Positions 1-12,470 of a stretch of 64,000 nt of DNA are shown piece after piece. The stretch's first letter is position 1; each line of letters begins with the position of its first letter. Below the pieces are notes generated by a model. The model was given only the letters and a program-made list of their open reading frames with translations. It did not search any database and had not been told where the DNA came from. The DNA comes from Trichoplax adhaerens (Eukaryota > Animalia > Placozoa), in assembly GCF_000150275.1 (NCBI RefSeq), contig NW_002060978.1:248001-312000 (forward strand), given 5' to 3'. The position numbers and the translations under genes are program-made.

Positions 1-1039
1 TCCTTCTCTTTAATAAAGATAATATACATCAAAAAGCAACAATAATTTAATAATTCATTATAAGGAGATCAAAGGTTATCCCCAGACAACAACTTTTATT
101 CAGCATTTCCATCTGCTGTCATTAAAGTCTGAAGCTATTGCAGATTTATTTCCGTAACTTGGATATACTGAAGAATTATTATTATGTATTGTAATCAAAA
201 ATTCAAGATCCAGTAATCTTCTACGTCAATTTTCTTATAAGATTAAAATGGATATTAATAGTTAATGATATCGTGAAAACACTGTATTGCAACATCTTTC
301 TGACCAAGATATCATTGATAAATGTTAACATTATTTATTTACTTTAATCAACCAAAGCAAAACTAGTTTGGGGTATAAGATAATAATATTGGTATTCAAG
401 GCAACATTTGTTTTCCAAAGCTTCTGTCTTAGTTCTGTTTGTTTACGACGTTGAAAATATTTATTCTCAATTATCAGTCACTATAACTAATTGTGTTAGA
501 TATCTGTAAGAGTAATTTACTGATTATTATATCTATATGTTCTAATTTTGCTCCTAAACTTTCATTAAAATCAAAACTGATAGATAAGACTTCGATAATA
601 TTTGCATTTGGTTTCAATCTGGCAATTCGCCATTAAATAATCATATTATTTTATTGTATTCTATTAATTTGTTTTTCTTCCGGTAATTTTTGGTAGTTGT
701 AAAATACTGCCACATAGTATTACTTTTATAACTTTAAACATTGGATAACATATTTTATTTTGTATTTTTAACTGATGCAACATAGCTTACTTTTATTTAC
801 TTATAGTGATAAAAAAGTATTCGATTAACTCTTCTATTTTGTTGTATAAATTAGATGCAGCTGCAAAATTAAACTAAATCATAATTGATTGATAAATCTG
901 AATGTATTTGGGGGAATTTACAGCGTATCTATCGCTCAATTCATGTAATTGTAATAAAGAACTGAATTAAATCTTGAATAAATGAACTTAGATGTGTATA
1001 TAGGCTAAATAATTCATCTTTCCTATCGCTAGCTGCATA

Positions 1040-2402
1040 TTAAATTAATTTCATTGTAAAATTGAAGGAATTTCTATTTACCCCAAAAGCTTTCAAGTTG
1101 CTTCGGGCGACAAATTCTTTAGGTAATTTATCGTCACGAAATGAACTGACTTCTGCTTCTTGGCGTTCTAAATAATGATTTAATAATTCTCCAAGATATT
1201 CCTTAGCCCAGCTTTTGGGTAATTTTAAAAGGACGTATTCATCGTCGACTTGATCATCTATTTCAGATATGGCATTATCCTTGCGCTTTTCAATCATTGC
1301 ATGCCTCGACGGATAGGCATCAATCATTATTGTCGCCATGCATAATGTAAAGACCAATAATGTGATCTGGATATATTAAAAAGAAAAAAGCATTAATAAA
1401 TACAGTATATTCATTTGAATATCTGCGATATCATTTTCCCAAGCGAGCAATTATTAATCAGTGAACATGTCAACATATTCAACAGTATATATTATTAATT
1501 ACAGTAGTGAAATTGATACACGTATAAACAGTTTCAGTCATTGCTTAAAAATGTAGAATTGATATATAAACATCATTAAACATGTAGAATCATCAGCAAT
1601 AAGGTATAGTTACTGTACAAACGCAAAGACAATGAGTTTTCCTAAAGAGCGGAAATAGAATTAATTTTTTTCAGCTATAGCTCTAATATGATATAACGCT
1701 GATTTTTGTAATCAAAGAGTAATGTAGCTAACTAAAATGCTTATTATGTCATATTGAAATCAATTATTTCTCCTTAAAAATAACATTATTAACAGATTTG
1801 AAGGCTATGTGTGATATGCGTAAGAAAAGCTAGACAATTGCAAGTATAGAATATGAAAAGAAATTTAGCAATTCTCTACTACCAAGCTAAATAAATTCTT
1901 ATAAAGACATAGGAAGATTCATGGCGGTTTTATTCATTGAATTGTTAAAAACAATCTTAATACGTTATATATATGCATAGAAATTTAAGATTTTATATTC
2001 TAAAAGAGATAAAATCAGCTTAGGTCAAACGTTTGTGACGACTGCTGTTAGAGTAACAACGAGAACGGTATTCTAAATCATAATAAACTTGGATGAGAAG
2101 TAAAACTGGCATAGGATTAAACTTTTTAAATCTGCTATAGTTGAATTAGGTAAATTAGAAGGTATATAGGAAATTTATAATCTCTTTTAACTGATGGGCA
2201 AGTAATTGATATGGCTAGACAAAGAGATTAAGGAAATTAAGAAAGGAAAATTTATGAAGTTTAACTATGTATTACAGCAGTCACACGGTTTTTATACGAG
2301 CACCTTTAACTTAATCATTTAGTATAATAAATTTTTAGGCCAATAAATAAATGATTCAATCGCTATCGAATTAAAATAACTCGATTTGAAACTTACCTTC
2401 AT
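1040..2402 (-). CDS. Secreted pro-peptide / neuropeptide-precursor-like protein (spliced; 3' end uncertain)
   Basis: Exon 1 coding part is ATGAAG (2402-2397) followed by a GTAAGT donor. Exon 2 starts at 1366 after a polypyrimidine tract and CAG, in phase 0. The product is MKITLLVFTLCMATIMIDA|YPSRHAMIEKRKDNAISEIDDQVDDEY...RSNLKAFG: signal-peptide-like N-terminus, KR dibasic site, acidic spacer. The ORF either reads to the stop at 1040 or splices at GGG|GTAAAT (1082/1081). Confidence 0.7.
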
Positions 2403-2480
2403 GGTGAAGTGTTATATATTTCAACAGTTTAGGCAAAATCCGTAAAGGAATTAGAACTTCTAATCGTAACGATTGCGTAT

Positions 2481-2514
2481 AATGAGAGATTGAGAAAACT
2501 ACTCGTCTTATATA
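2481..2514 (-). promoter_or_regulatory. TATA box + initiator of the pro-peptide gene
   Basis: Minus-strand TATATAA (2514-2508) lies 31 nt upstream of a TCA(+1)TT initiator (A at 2483), giving an 81-nt 5'UTR before the ATG at 2402. Confidence 0.6.
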
Positions 2515-5500
2515 CTATCGTCGACGGTGGGAGTTGTAGACAAGTGGAACGCAGTCAACACCCACTGCTGCTGAATAAAAGCGTTGTAGTAATTAAATTT
2601 AATTAATAAAGAACAAATAATATCTTGAATAATACGCCACCTATTAAAATAATGAATTGAATTTAAGGTAAAATGTGCACATGTATGATTGCTGATAGCG
2701 ATGACTGGCATATAATTGTACGCCATAAACTAAAGATATGACGGAAATATGCTGTAATTTTTAGGTCATTAATCTGTTAAGGAAAAGATAAAATTGAATT
2801 CAAATTAGACAATGATGTTAAAAATAGGCAACAGCTGACAATAAGAATGGAAGTTTTTGCATTATTATTATGATTGGAGATTCATAGGTCATGTTAGCAG
2901 AATGTATTTTCAAAGGGTAATCACGATTTTCAAATAAATAAAGAATAGAAGAAAATAGATCAATTACTGGCTCAGTGATCCATTCTATTCAAGAAATTAA
3001 TTTAATATAGCAACTGACGTTAAGGAGGAAATTGCTTTCTTGTTTCTTGTACTTTAACGTTGTGAAAATTAAACTAAATAGTTCCATCGATTATGATCGA
3101 TAATTACTTCAAGGGAAATAATATATTAATTTAGTCTAACGAACAATCTAAGCTGAAAATTAAATCTAATGTTGTCAATTCAATAAAATCAAAATCGATT
3201 GTATGCGGTCTATCATTTTCTCTTATCTAAAAATAAAATAATATAACACTTTCCCTTCATTCAATGAATTTTGCTGCATTTTTGTTATCTATTTATTGCT
3301 ACAGCTATTTATAAAATAATCATTTCAACTGATGAATAGCAATATCCAGGCAATAGATTAGAAAGATAATAGACAATAGATCGACCCTTACGTGATAGAT
3401 ATGTATGTTGAACTATTGCAGGTATTATTTTCAGTGTGAAAGTTATTAGGCTTCAGGTGTCATTTACGTTGAAAAGCAACGCTAACTTTCAATAATTTCG
3501 ATTGGAGGGGCTAAAGAATTTTAAATTATTCTTTACGGGATGATCAAAAAGAAACAAAGCGATAAAGTCCCTCTAGTCATTTAATTTCAATTGGCAAATG
3601 ATTTCCTGCGCTAATGTAAATCAATCTTATCAGCGGATAATTTTGGAAAACTTTCTTTTTAGTTCTCCGTAGATAAATTTTATCATCATCGGATGATAAC
3701 ATGGCTCTTGGCGTGCTAGGGTTGATTAATAATTTATAAATAACCCTATTTTTATATTATTTGTAAGGCGAGTGTGGATTTAATCAACAATTTGAATGCA
3801 TTCATCAGTATTCGTTAAAACTAAGTTAACTTCCAACAAGAGTTGAAGTAAATTGTAGACAATAGATTAATTATTATGTTTAATAGCGTAGTCAAATCAA
3901 AGTTAAAAAATCAAAGTATTGATAAGAATATTCTCTCGGATACTGACAATGACTCAATAGTATAGCAATATCGGCTGGACATATGTCTAATCAATCAGTT
4001 TTTTGCATATTACTTTAGCGAAGGCGATGATGGACAGATATTACTAAAAAGATTTTGAGTCGCCTACATTCGTTCGCTATTATGTTTATCGCAATCAATT
4101 AGTCAAGTAGAACAATTGCAATATTAATGTAATCTAATCCAAGTTAAAAAATTTCGCCCTGATATTGGTATTTATAGACGATGAGTATTGCATAAAAAGC
4201 GTACGAAAGTTTCATTTTTTATCGATTCCATTTGATTAATTTAATATACTCTCATCCGCCTCAATATTAATGAATACACGAGGAAGTTGTTTATTCTATA
4301 GTTGTTGATATAATTAGTTCCAATAAAACTTTTTCATTAATATCTACTCCAATTGAAAATCGCATTCCCTAATCATATTATAGGAATAGCGTCCTAGATT
4401 TCCTTATCTCTATCAGCCACTTTATCTTAATTGATTCTCATAACATATCAGTTTCCATATCCTAGTAATACTTGTTCTGTGATTGATAGGAGCATTAAGA
4501 TTATGCCAAGCTATGATTAACTATTGGAATTCTTATAATTTTCACAGGAGATACTTCAATATGTGCTACAATAAATGACAAATGAAGAGTCGCAACATTG
4601 TATTGATTGTAATTTTAACAAGATAACCATTAATTTACTGTTGAAAAGTTAAATGTCAAGATTTAATTTCTTAGAAATATGCATGCTATTCTGTAAATTG
4701 ATGTAACCATGATATATATGATTCATTTCGAAATTAATTTTGCAAGGCCTATAGTATCACTTTTTCTAGTTGTTTATTTTATAAAATCAATATTATTCAT
4801 AAGAAATAGTGGTGACTTTAACTCTTTACGGTAATGCATTTTATAAGTGTAGTAGTAAAATAAAGTAAAATATTGTGTAACGCAATTGATAAAAAAAACT
4901 TCGTTATAGAAAAATACGCCAATTTAGGGCGAGAAACAGTAATCTATCACTGTATCTTGTGCAAATTGAGTGTCTTATAGCACTGGTTATCTATTTTACC
5001 TAAATTATAAATCATAACCAAGTAATAACTTCCTGATGGGAATAGAATAGAAGTAAGATAGCTTCCTGTTATTAAAATATTTTCTCTATCAGGTATATTA
5101 GTTACCGTTAGCCATTTTACACGATCATTCAATGAAGTAGGATGTTTCTATCAATTAGCTCATCTTATTCTCCGTTAAAGTTATCTTTCATATCATTAGG
5201 TTACCTCCTGTTCATTGTATCTATCTTATGGAGCATTTTCTTGCTATTAATTTGAAAGAATTTATCGTCAGATACAAAATCCAAGCATTTATATCAACAA
5301 AATATAAATAAATTTTTTCAATAGGATATAATAACCATATAGACGTTGTTGACGAAAAATAGTGCTTATGTTGATTGAATTACGTGTCCGCTTTAGAGTC
5401 TTTTTTTACTTTAACCATGTATTAATGACGTAGTATCTAATATTAATCAAGGATAGTGTTAAAAAATTAATATATTAATATTATTTTTGTTGTTCTATTT

Positions 5501-8500
5501 AAGCTAATGATGTTTTTGATAAGAAGCTAGCTAATATCTTGATCAATTCAGTGTGGAGTATTGCTGATGAAGTCGAGATCGATATAACAGTATAAATAAT
5601 ATTATTGCCCTAGGATATCTTCCCTAATGAATAGAAGTCGTTATTTAAGTAAACTAGTATAATCTAGTTTGTATTTTTAGAGGAGATAAATTAATTTACT
5701 TTAGCAAAACAACGGATCAAAGTAAATAGCTATCGAATTTCTACAACAAAAATGATGCCGATGATCTCTATCTGATTCACCATTTATTTAATTACTTCAA
5801 TCTGTTGTCTTGTGTTATGAATTTAATGTCATCATCAGTGCTGTCTTCCTTGATCGAACATAATTAAATGTTACGCTAGAATTATTTATATTTACGGCAG
5901 ATTATAACAAATACGCTGTAGTATTTTATTGAAATCAATGTAAACATTTATGAATTTCAAATTACCATTTGGGTAGAGATTACAAAAATGATTTTAATTA
6001 AGTTGCTTTTAAGCCATCACGGAAATTTCGATAGCGTAAGTGGAATTGTTGCTTAACAAAAATTTTGTAACTCATATGAAAATTTATTATACCTTATGGT
6101 TAAACATTAAAATACAACAAACAGGATGACGGAGATGTTTAATCATTTTTCATCTTTCAATCTAACTATTAAATTTGATAGCGAACAGTTACTTTGATAC
6201 TCCAGATCAGTGGTAGAAATGCTTGTAAACAATTTAAATAAATCGTTATAGATTTCCTAACATTACGTAACTACAGAAATAACCCGAATTGATAGAGTTT
6301 AAGCCACACTATTTCTGCGACATAAATTATATTAGATAGGAAATAGATTGCGTGAGTGAGAGAAATTCGATGCTATTTATAGAAGCATTACAGAAATATT
6401 TTAAATTTTCTTTGAATAAGAATGTATTGAGCAATTTTAGTATTTTAAATTCTAATTTAGAAGGAGAAAGATATAATCATCTCGATTATTCTTCAGAAGA
6501 TGCAACAGTAATAGATTCGTTTGTAGTAATAACTGCAAAATCTGTTCTTAATCTATCGGCGAAGTTATAAAAATGGAAGTGTCCCGTAAGACTTCTTCGA
6601 TAGACACATACCATTACCATCATTACTAGTCAAGAAAAACCTCTGATAGTGTTAGATTATGACTATCAAAGCTTGAAATTTCTTCCAAAATGAACATATT
6701 CTTGTCGTCCACACATAAACAATTATTTTATCTAATTATATATACAGTGCTCTCATACTAGACTCACGAAAAGGTATGAAAGCGTTTATTTGCACGACAT
6801 TAATTAGTTCTCATATTATAGATAAAGCTTAAATTTTGTTCATTAAAATCGGTAACTATTAAAATCAATATTTATCAAGAAATTAATGTAAAGACCTTAA
6901 GGATATAGAAGCAGGATACTCAGTGTAAATCTGGCTTTACACCCTATACCATCTTAAGGCATAACAGCCTTACTTAATTTTCAACTTGAGTCTAATACAA
7001 AGACAGTCAAAGATTCACTGTAATCGTTTAATATATGCCGTACAGTAATATAGAAGAAGAGAAGGCGTAATTATAACGTACCCTTTCAATATTTAGATAG
7101 ATTCCCATTTGTTACAATTTAATGTTGTAATTGTTTACTACTAATAAAATTATTTATTTAAAGTTCATGAAACCGCTAGTATCGATTTATATTTCCGCTA
7201 TAGAATAGCTCAAGTCAAACTGCTTAAAATAGCTTCGTTCGAAATTAAAACCAATAAGTCTAATTCACCTTTTCATAGGATGTATTAAATCTATTCTTAG
7301 TATCATCCTTCCTAATATCATCTTACGGACACAGAAAGCGTTATTTTTTTACGTAATGGAATTAGAATTGAATAGTAAGTTGCTTTTTTCAGAGATTCAT
7401 CGATGATATAAATTATTCGATTCCGAGAAAATGTGCTGTGAGATAATTTACCTTTGTTCGTAAGAACACTATTTAAAATTGCGCTCAGTTGCGGAACGCC
7501 TACTAATTTTAAATACATATTGAATTATATTACTTGTAAGAATATCATTATTGTGATTTATTGCCTAAATTACAATAAAGTAGAAAAATGGAATTATAGC
7601 AATTGATAAGAAGAGCTAAATTTAAACGGCATAAAAATCAAAATAATTGAGCTCTGATTGCTTTGAAAAGAGTAGCGAAATGATACTGAAGATATACGAT
7701 TACTTTTCTCTAATTTTATATCCATTCTTCCTTCTTTCCAATCTCAGTAGTGTCTATTAAACAGTAGGCCAGAAAGACGTTGATAAGTAGTGTATATCTT
7801 TATGTAACGAAGCTGTCTTCTGAAGTGTTTACTAAATTCTGTTTAACAAGATCTTACGTTTTTCGTTAGCATTAAGTGAACATGACAAGGACGGAGAGAA
7901 ATTTCTCTCTTAACTCCTTAGATTCTAATTTTATAGGCTATTCTATTATTTGCCTATTCACCATTTTCTCAGCAATTCCATTATTATCTCGTCACTAATA
8001 ATTAAAAAATATAGCTATTTCATAAACTATTTGCTTATAAAACTATTATTTCTCTTTATTACTAGAACGTTACAGTAGTTGGTATAATTTATAGCTCTAC
8101 AATTCTTAAAAAATAGAAAGATCTTCTATTTGATTGTAGTGTATTACCAACTTATGCCAATATCGAAAGTCAAATGAATTAATAGGAAGTAACATTTCTT
8201 GTATGCGATAGCAACGGCTTCATATTAAAAGAAAATTTTTATTTGATATGCTAATTAACATTATTGGAGATAATCTATTTTCCAATAGAGTACCTCTATA
8301 ATCAACTGATTATATTCACAATTTATTGCTAAATGAATTTTTCTCACTTTTGATTTCAATTTAATTCGAATGAATGAGTTATATTTCGTATGTGATTTTT
8401 ACTTAAACAATCAATCATATTGAATGATATAACCCAAATGATAAATTGCAGAAATATTTTTATGGTTCGTATAGTTAAAAATTTGGTAAAGACAGGAGAA

Positions 8501-10739
8501 CACTAATCCAAGAAGAAATCTACTTCCGATAGACTTATTGAAACTACGATAAAAACCAAAGTTTTAATGGATTGTCGTTTTTATACAATCAACTAATATT
8601 GAGTCGATTAATTGCATTCTTCTTATGAGATTGGATGCGTCGATTTAGATTTCATTTTAATTGATCATTGACGCGGAAAGGTAATTTTAAATTACCTTTA
8701 TTTCTTTTGACATCTATCCTGACCAGCAGGACGTATGCATTTGTGACCGACTGCGACTTTATTCAAATATCAGAAAGTAGCTGGCATTAATGACTTCGAT
8801 AACAGCCGTGATGCCATCAGAAACTAAATCTTTCTACACTACCTTCAATAGCTTATGTTGATCCTTATTCATTGTTCAATAAATTAAAGCGCAGTTGTAA
8901 TGTGAAGTCAAATATTAATGTTAGATTACCAGTTGCAATAATACGTATAAAATAATTTTGTCGTAGTAATTGTTACATTATTTGTAGTAACCTGACATTA
9001 TACTGCTAATATATTACACTAATTAATCGATAATAAGGGTAAAGATTGCAAATACCTTACGCAAAAGGAATATCGCTGATATTTGCAATGATTAAATATT
9101 AAATTTAATCATGTTGATATTAATATTGATTTGTAATCATTGACATGTAGAATTAAACTTGACTAACTACTTTATGTCAATAGTACTATTGGGAAGTCTT
9201 AACTTTCTGGCTACAGTTGTAGATTCACAAAAAATATTTTAACTGAGTGACTATCATTTCCATCATCACGTCGTTCAACTTTCCGCAAACAGTGTATTTG
9301 TTTCTTACTATCAGTTGTTTAGCTACGCAAAAGTCAATAGAGTTTTATCGATAAGATAGCGAAAAGGTCATGAATAGACTATTATAGCATGAAATCATTA
9401 TAATTTCTAATATCAAGTCATATTAAATTCTTCCTGTAATCGTTTAGCTACTCTGCATTTTACAATAGCTTTTCTGTGTAATAGGAAATTTTTAATAACT
9501 ATTTCAAGCATAGCGATGTCATGATTTCCTTCTTGGTAAATTTTAACTTTAGATAAAATCGATTGCTGCTGATAGCAATTTATCTAGTTTGAAAATTTAA
9601 AAGAATACGTTTATTTGCAGATGCATATCATATTGAAAAAAGAACTTATATATGTATGCCTTATTTTACAGCGATAGTCCAAATTTTCTATTCTAGATAT
9701 CTTAACTTTAATTAACGTTAAACTCTTAGGGTACTATACACTTTACTAAGTCAAATTTATTTCAAAATTTTTATTTGATACGGAAAGCAATTAATATATA
9801 ATAGCTTTATTGCCAGGAAAGCCTTGATTTACTTAGCAGAGTATCCAATTCTTTGTGCTAACGTATTCATTTATTTAATGGCCAGATCATTGTTTCTATT
9901 ATTGAATTGTCATTAAAAGCGTATTTAGTAATAATTTTCTTAGAAAAAGAATCCTAATCTATCTACCATCTGCTCAGAATTACTTAAAAAGGGGCGCGTC
10001 TTGACAAGCTTAAGAACATTACATCAGCCATGACAGTGCCAAAATATTACTATGTTAGGCCGGACTACTTTAGTTTTTAATCTTAAATATCAAGAGAATT
10101 TTAATTGCTTGTGATGTCAGGATGTTATTAATCGATTCCTAGGATTGACCATAACAAAGACACTAACGATTTTATCCTAAAATTTATCTTACAATTCTAC
10201 TATTTACTTAGCACCAATTCTAATACCAGCTTGTCTATTTACTACTTCAAAGTGATTAAAGAATGCTAGTTCATATTCGGCATTCTAATGATAGTTAATT
10301 TAGTTACCTTAAAATCTTTATTACAGCAGGTTGTAGGTTACGTTATTTAAAGCGCGAGAGTCGAATAGCTACTTTTTGAGGAACTTCCTTCCGGATTTGC
10401 TTCCAGACTGATTGTTACCTAAAGCTCAAGAAGCAAGCAAATATCCTAACTTCAACGATAGATAAATTCAAAATTCGTATAAGAATTAAAACACGTTTAA
10501 ATACTGCAACACTAATGGGCGACCGATTGATCAAATGAATTAATACATTATAAAATTCGGTGTTCTTCAATGGTGATATATCCAGGTAATAAAACCAGCT
10601 GGATCTACTAGAAAATAATAAATAGTAACGTTTTTTTTGAAATATGATATCCTATTTTGAGCAGCACACTGTTGGCATCGAAATAAACTCTGTCGTATGA
10701 AATCTAATTATCAATGTTAACATGAAACAAAATTCTGTG

Positions 10740-12470
10740 TGGTTGATATCGATTTAAGAGATCTCAAAAAATGAGCAGATACTATCTGCCGAAAATACAC
10801 CCCTTTATCTGCTCAAAATTACAACACTTTATTAGATTTAGTTAGTATCTAGCGAATGCTCATAATCATGGTAAGAATACAGTAAATGATTGATTATCAC
10901 TATTATTTTAATATCTAATGGACATATGTCACAAACAAGCTTTGCAACAAGACAACGTAATATACGATTAATAAGTCAATTCCTTGAACCACGTATCAAG
11001 GAACGATATCTGCACTATCACAAACACTTTTGCTCTACTAGCAGACTACACAAAGACTTAAACGCCTCGTATTTTACGTTAAACACTAAGTTTGAGAATC
11101 TTCTTTATTTCACGATATACTGCATTTATATACTATTGCTCAATAGTTCATGAGTCATAGTTAATACAATTAACATTGGAATCATTTACTGAATTATATA
11201 ATAATTTTAGCTACTGCTCCCTTAATGCAGACAACAGTATTTACGAACATAGTCATGTAATGACTAATACAGAATAGTTAGATTACGATATGTCCTATCA
11301 CGGAGCATTTCCATGATAAGTTACAATCTACCATAAGTAAATTACAATCACAATGATTGGAACTGTAAGTAGATGATTTGCATTCCCTATTATAACTATT
11401 AATTTCAGTACGTGTATATGTGTCTCTGTCATAAAAAGTCAATGCTATATTGAAACACTGTATATCCGAATTAGAAGTTAACTAAATAAGGATAGGCTAA
11501 CAATATTATCCTAACATTGATATTTCTACTCTAATACAGTACATAACACTGTCACAACATATTAAATTTTTTGGTGACAGAAGGCATCGCTAGACATCGA
11601 TTTTAGTGCCAGATTGTTGTCAAAGGAAGTACAAAAGGCCGATCTTCCGTCTAATAGATTCGTTATATTTCGCATCTTTAAGACAAATTTTTGGTCATCC
11701 ACCGCGTGCAGTAACTATGTGCCTCTCGCGAATTCTAATTAGATATTACTTCATAATGGAACGAAAAGATTAGTCGTTCAGTAGATACCTCAAATGAAGC
11801 CCAGAGAATGCCTATTAATCGCCACTGTGAGACTACTTGATAGATAATTTTCAACCATAATAAGGTAATGACTAGTACTGCCTTGAAGATCCTAAATACA
11901 TTAGTTAGGCGATCTTTTTCGGGGCTTATATTGATTTAAGAGTTTTCAAAAAATGAACGGTTGCCATCAGCGTAAAAATGCTTTCCTTTATCAGCTCAAA
12001 TTTGAAATGTTTCATAAGCTTAAAGGTAGTATCGAACGAATATTTTTGATCAATGGTCAGAATACTCTAAACGAATGATTTCACTATCGCTTTAATGTCA
12101 AATGGATACGTTAAATTTTTCCTTGATAGAAGGCACTACTAAACATTATCGTTTTAGTGGTAGGTCATTTTTTCTGGTAAGTGAGAAAAGCTCATCTTCC
12201 GTATACAACATTACTTATGTTTTACACAATTTAGACACATCTTTGATCATCTTCCGGGTGAAGAGTAACTACAGTATATATCTCTCTTGACCTTGTAATT
12301 ATATATCACTTCATAATATAACGAAAAGATTAGTAGATCATTAGATATCTCAGACCAAGTGGAGAGGATACCTAGTTAATTGATCACCACTGTTAGACTG
12401 AAAGAGTGCCGACAGTAAAGCTATAACTAACACGGAATTGGAGATTCTAACTAGGTTACTTAAGCAACCT
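10740..12470. repeat. Old, diverged ~550-bp tandem duplication (unit 1 interrupted by solo LTR A1)
   Basis: Collinear matches, for example gatttaagagatctcaaaaaatgagc (~10751) vs gatttaagagttttcaaaaaatgaac (~11933), and acttcataatggaacgaaaagattagt (~11748) vs acttcataatataacgaaaagattagt (~12308). Boundaries are approximate. Confidence 0.7.
10927..11556 (-). mobile_element. Solo LTR, family A copy 1 (630 bp)
   Basis: Begins TGTCAC and ends GTCACA. Perfect 5-bp TSD ACATA (10922-10926 / 11557-11561). About 93% identical by eye to 47376-48004. Orientation is weakly inferred from minus-strand TATATAAA (11132-11125) and AATAAA (11109-11104). Confidence 0.85.

Noticed and set aside
10890-11153. Short ORFs overlapping LTRs (also 47726-47917 and 22872-23057)
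   Set aside because: They lie inside non-coding LTR sequence, show no gag/pol similarity and have no homologous protein features.
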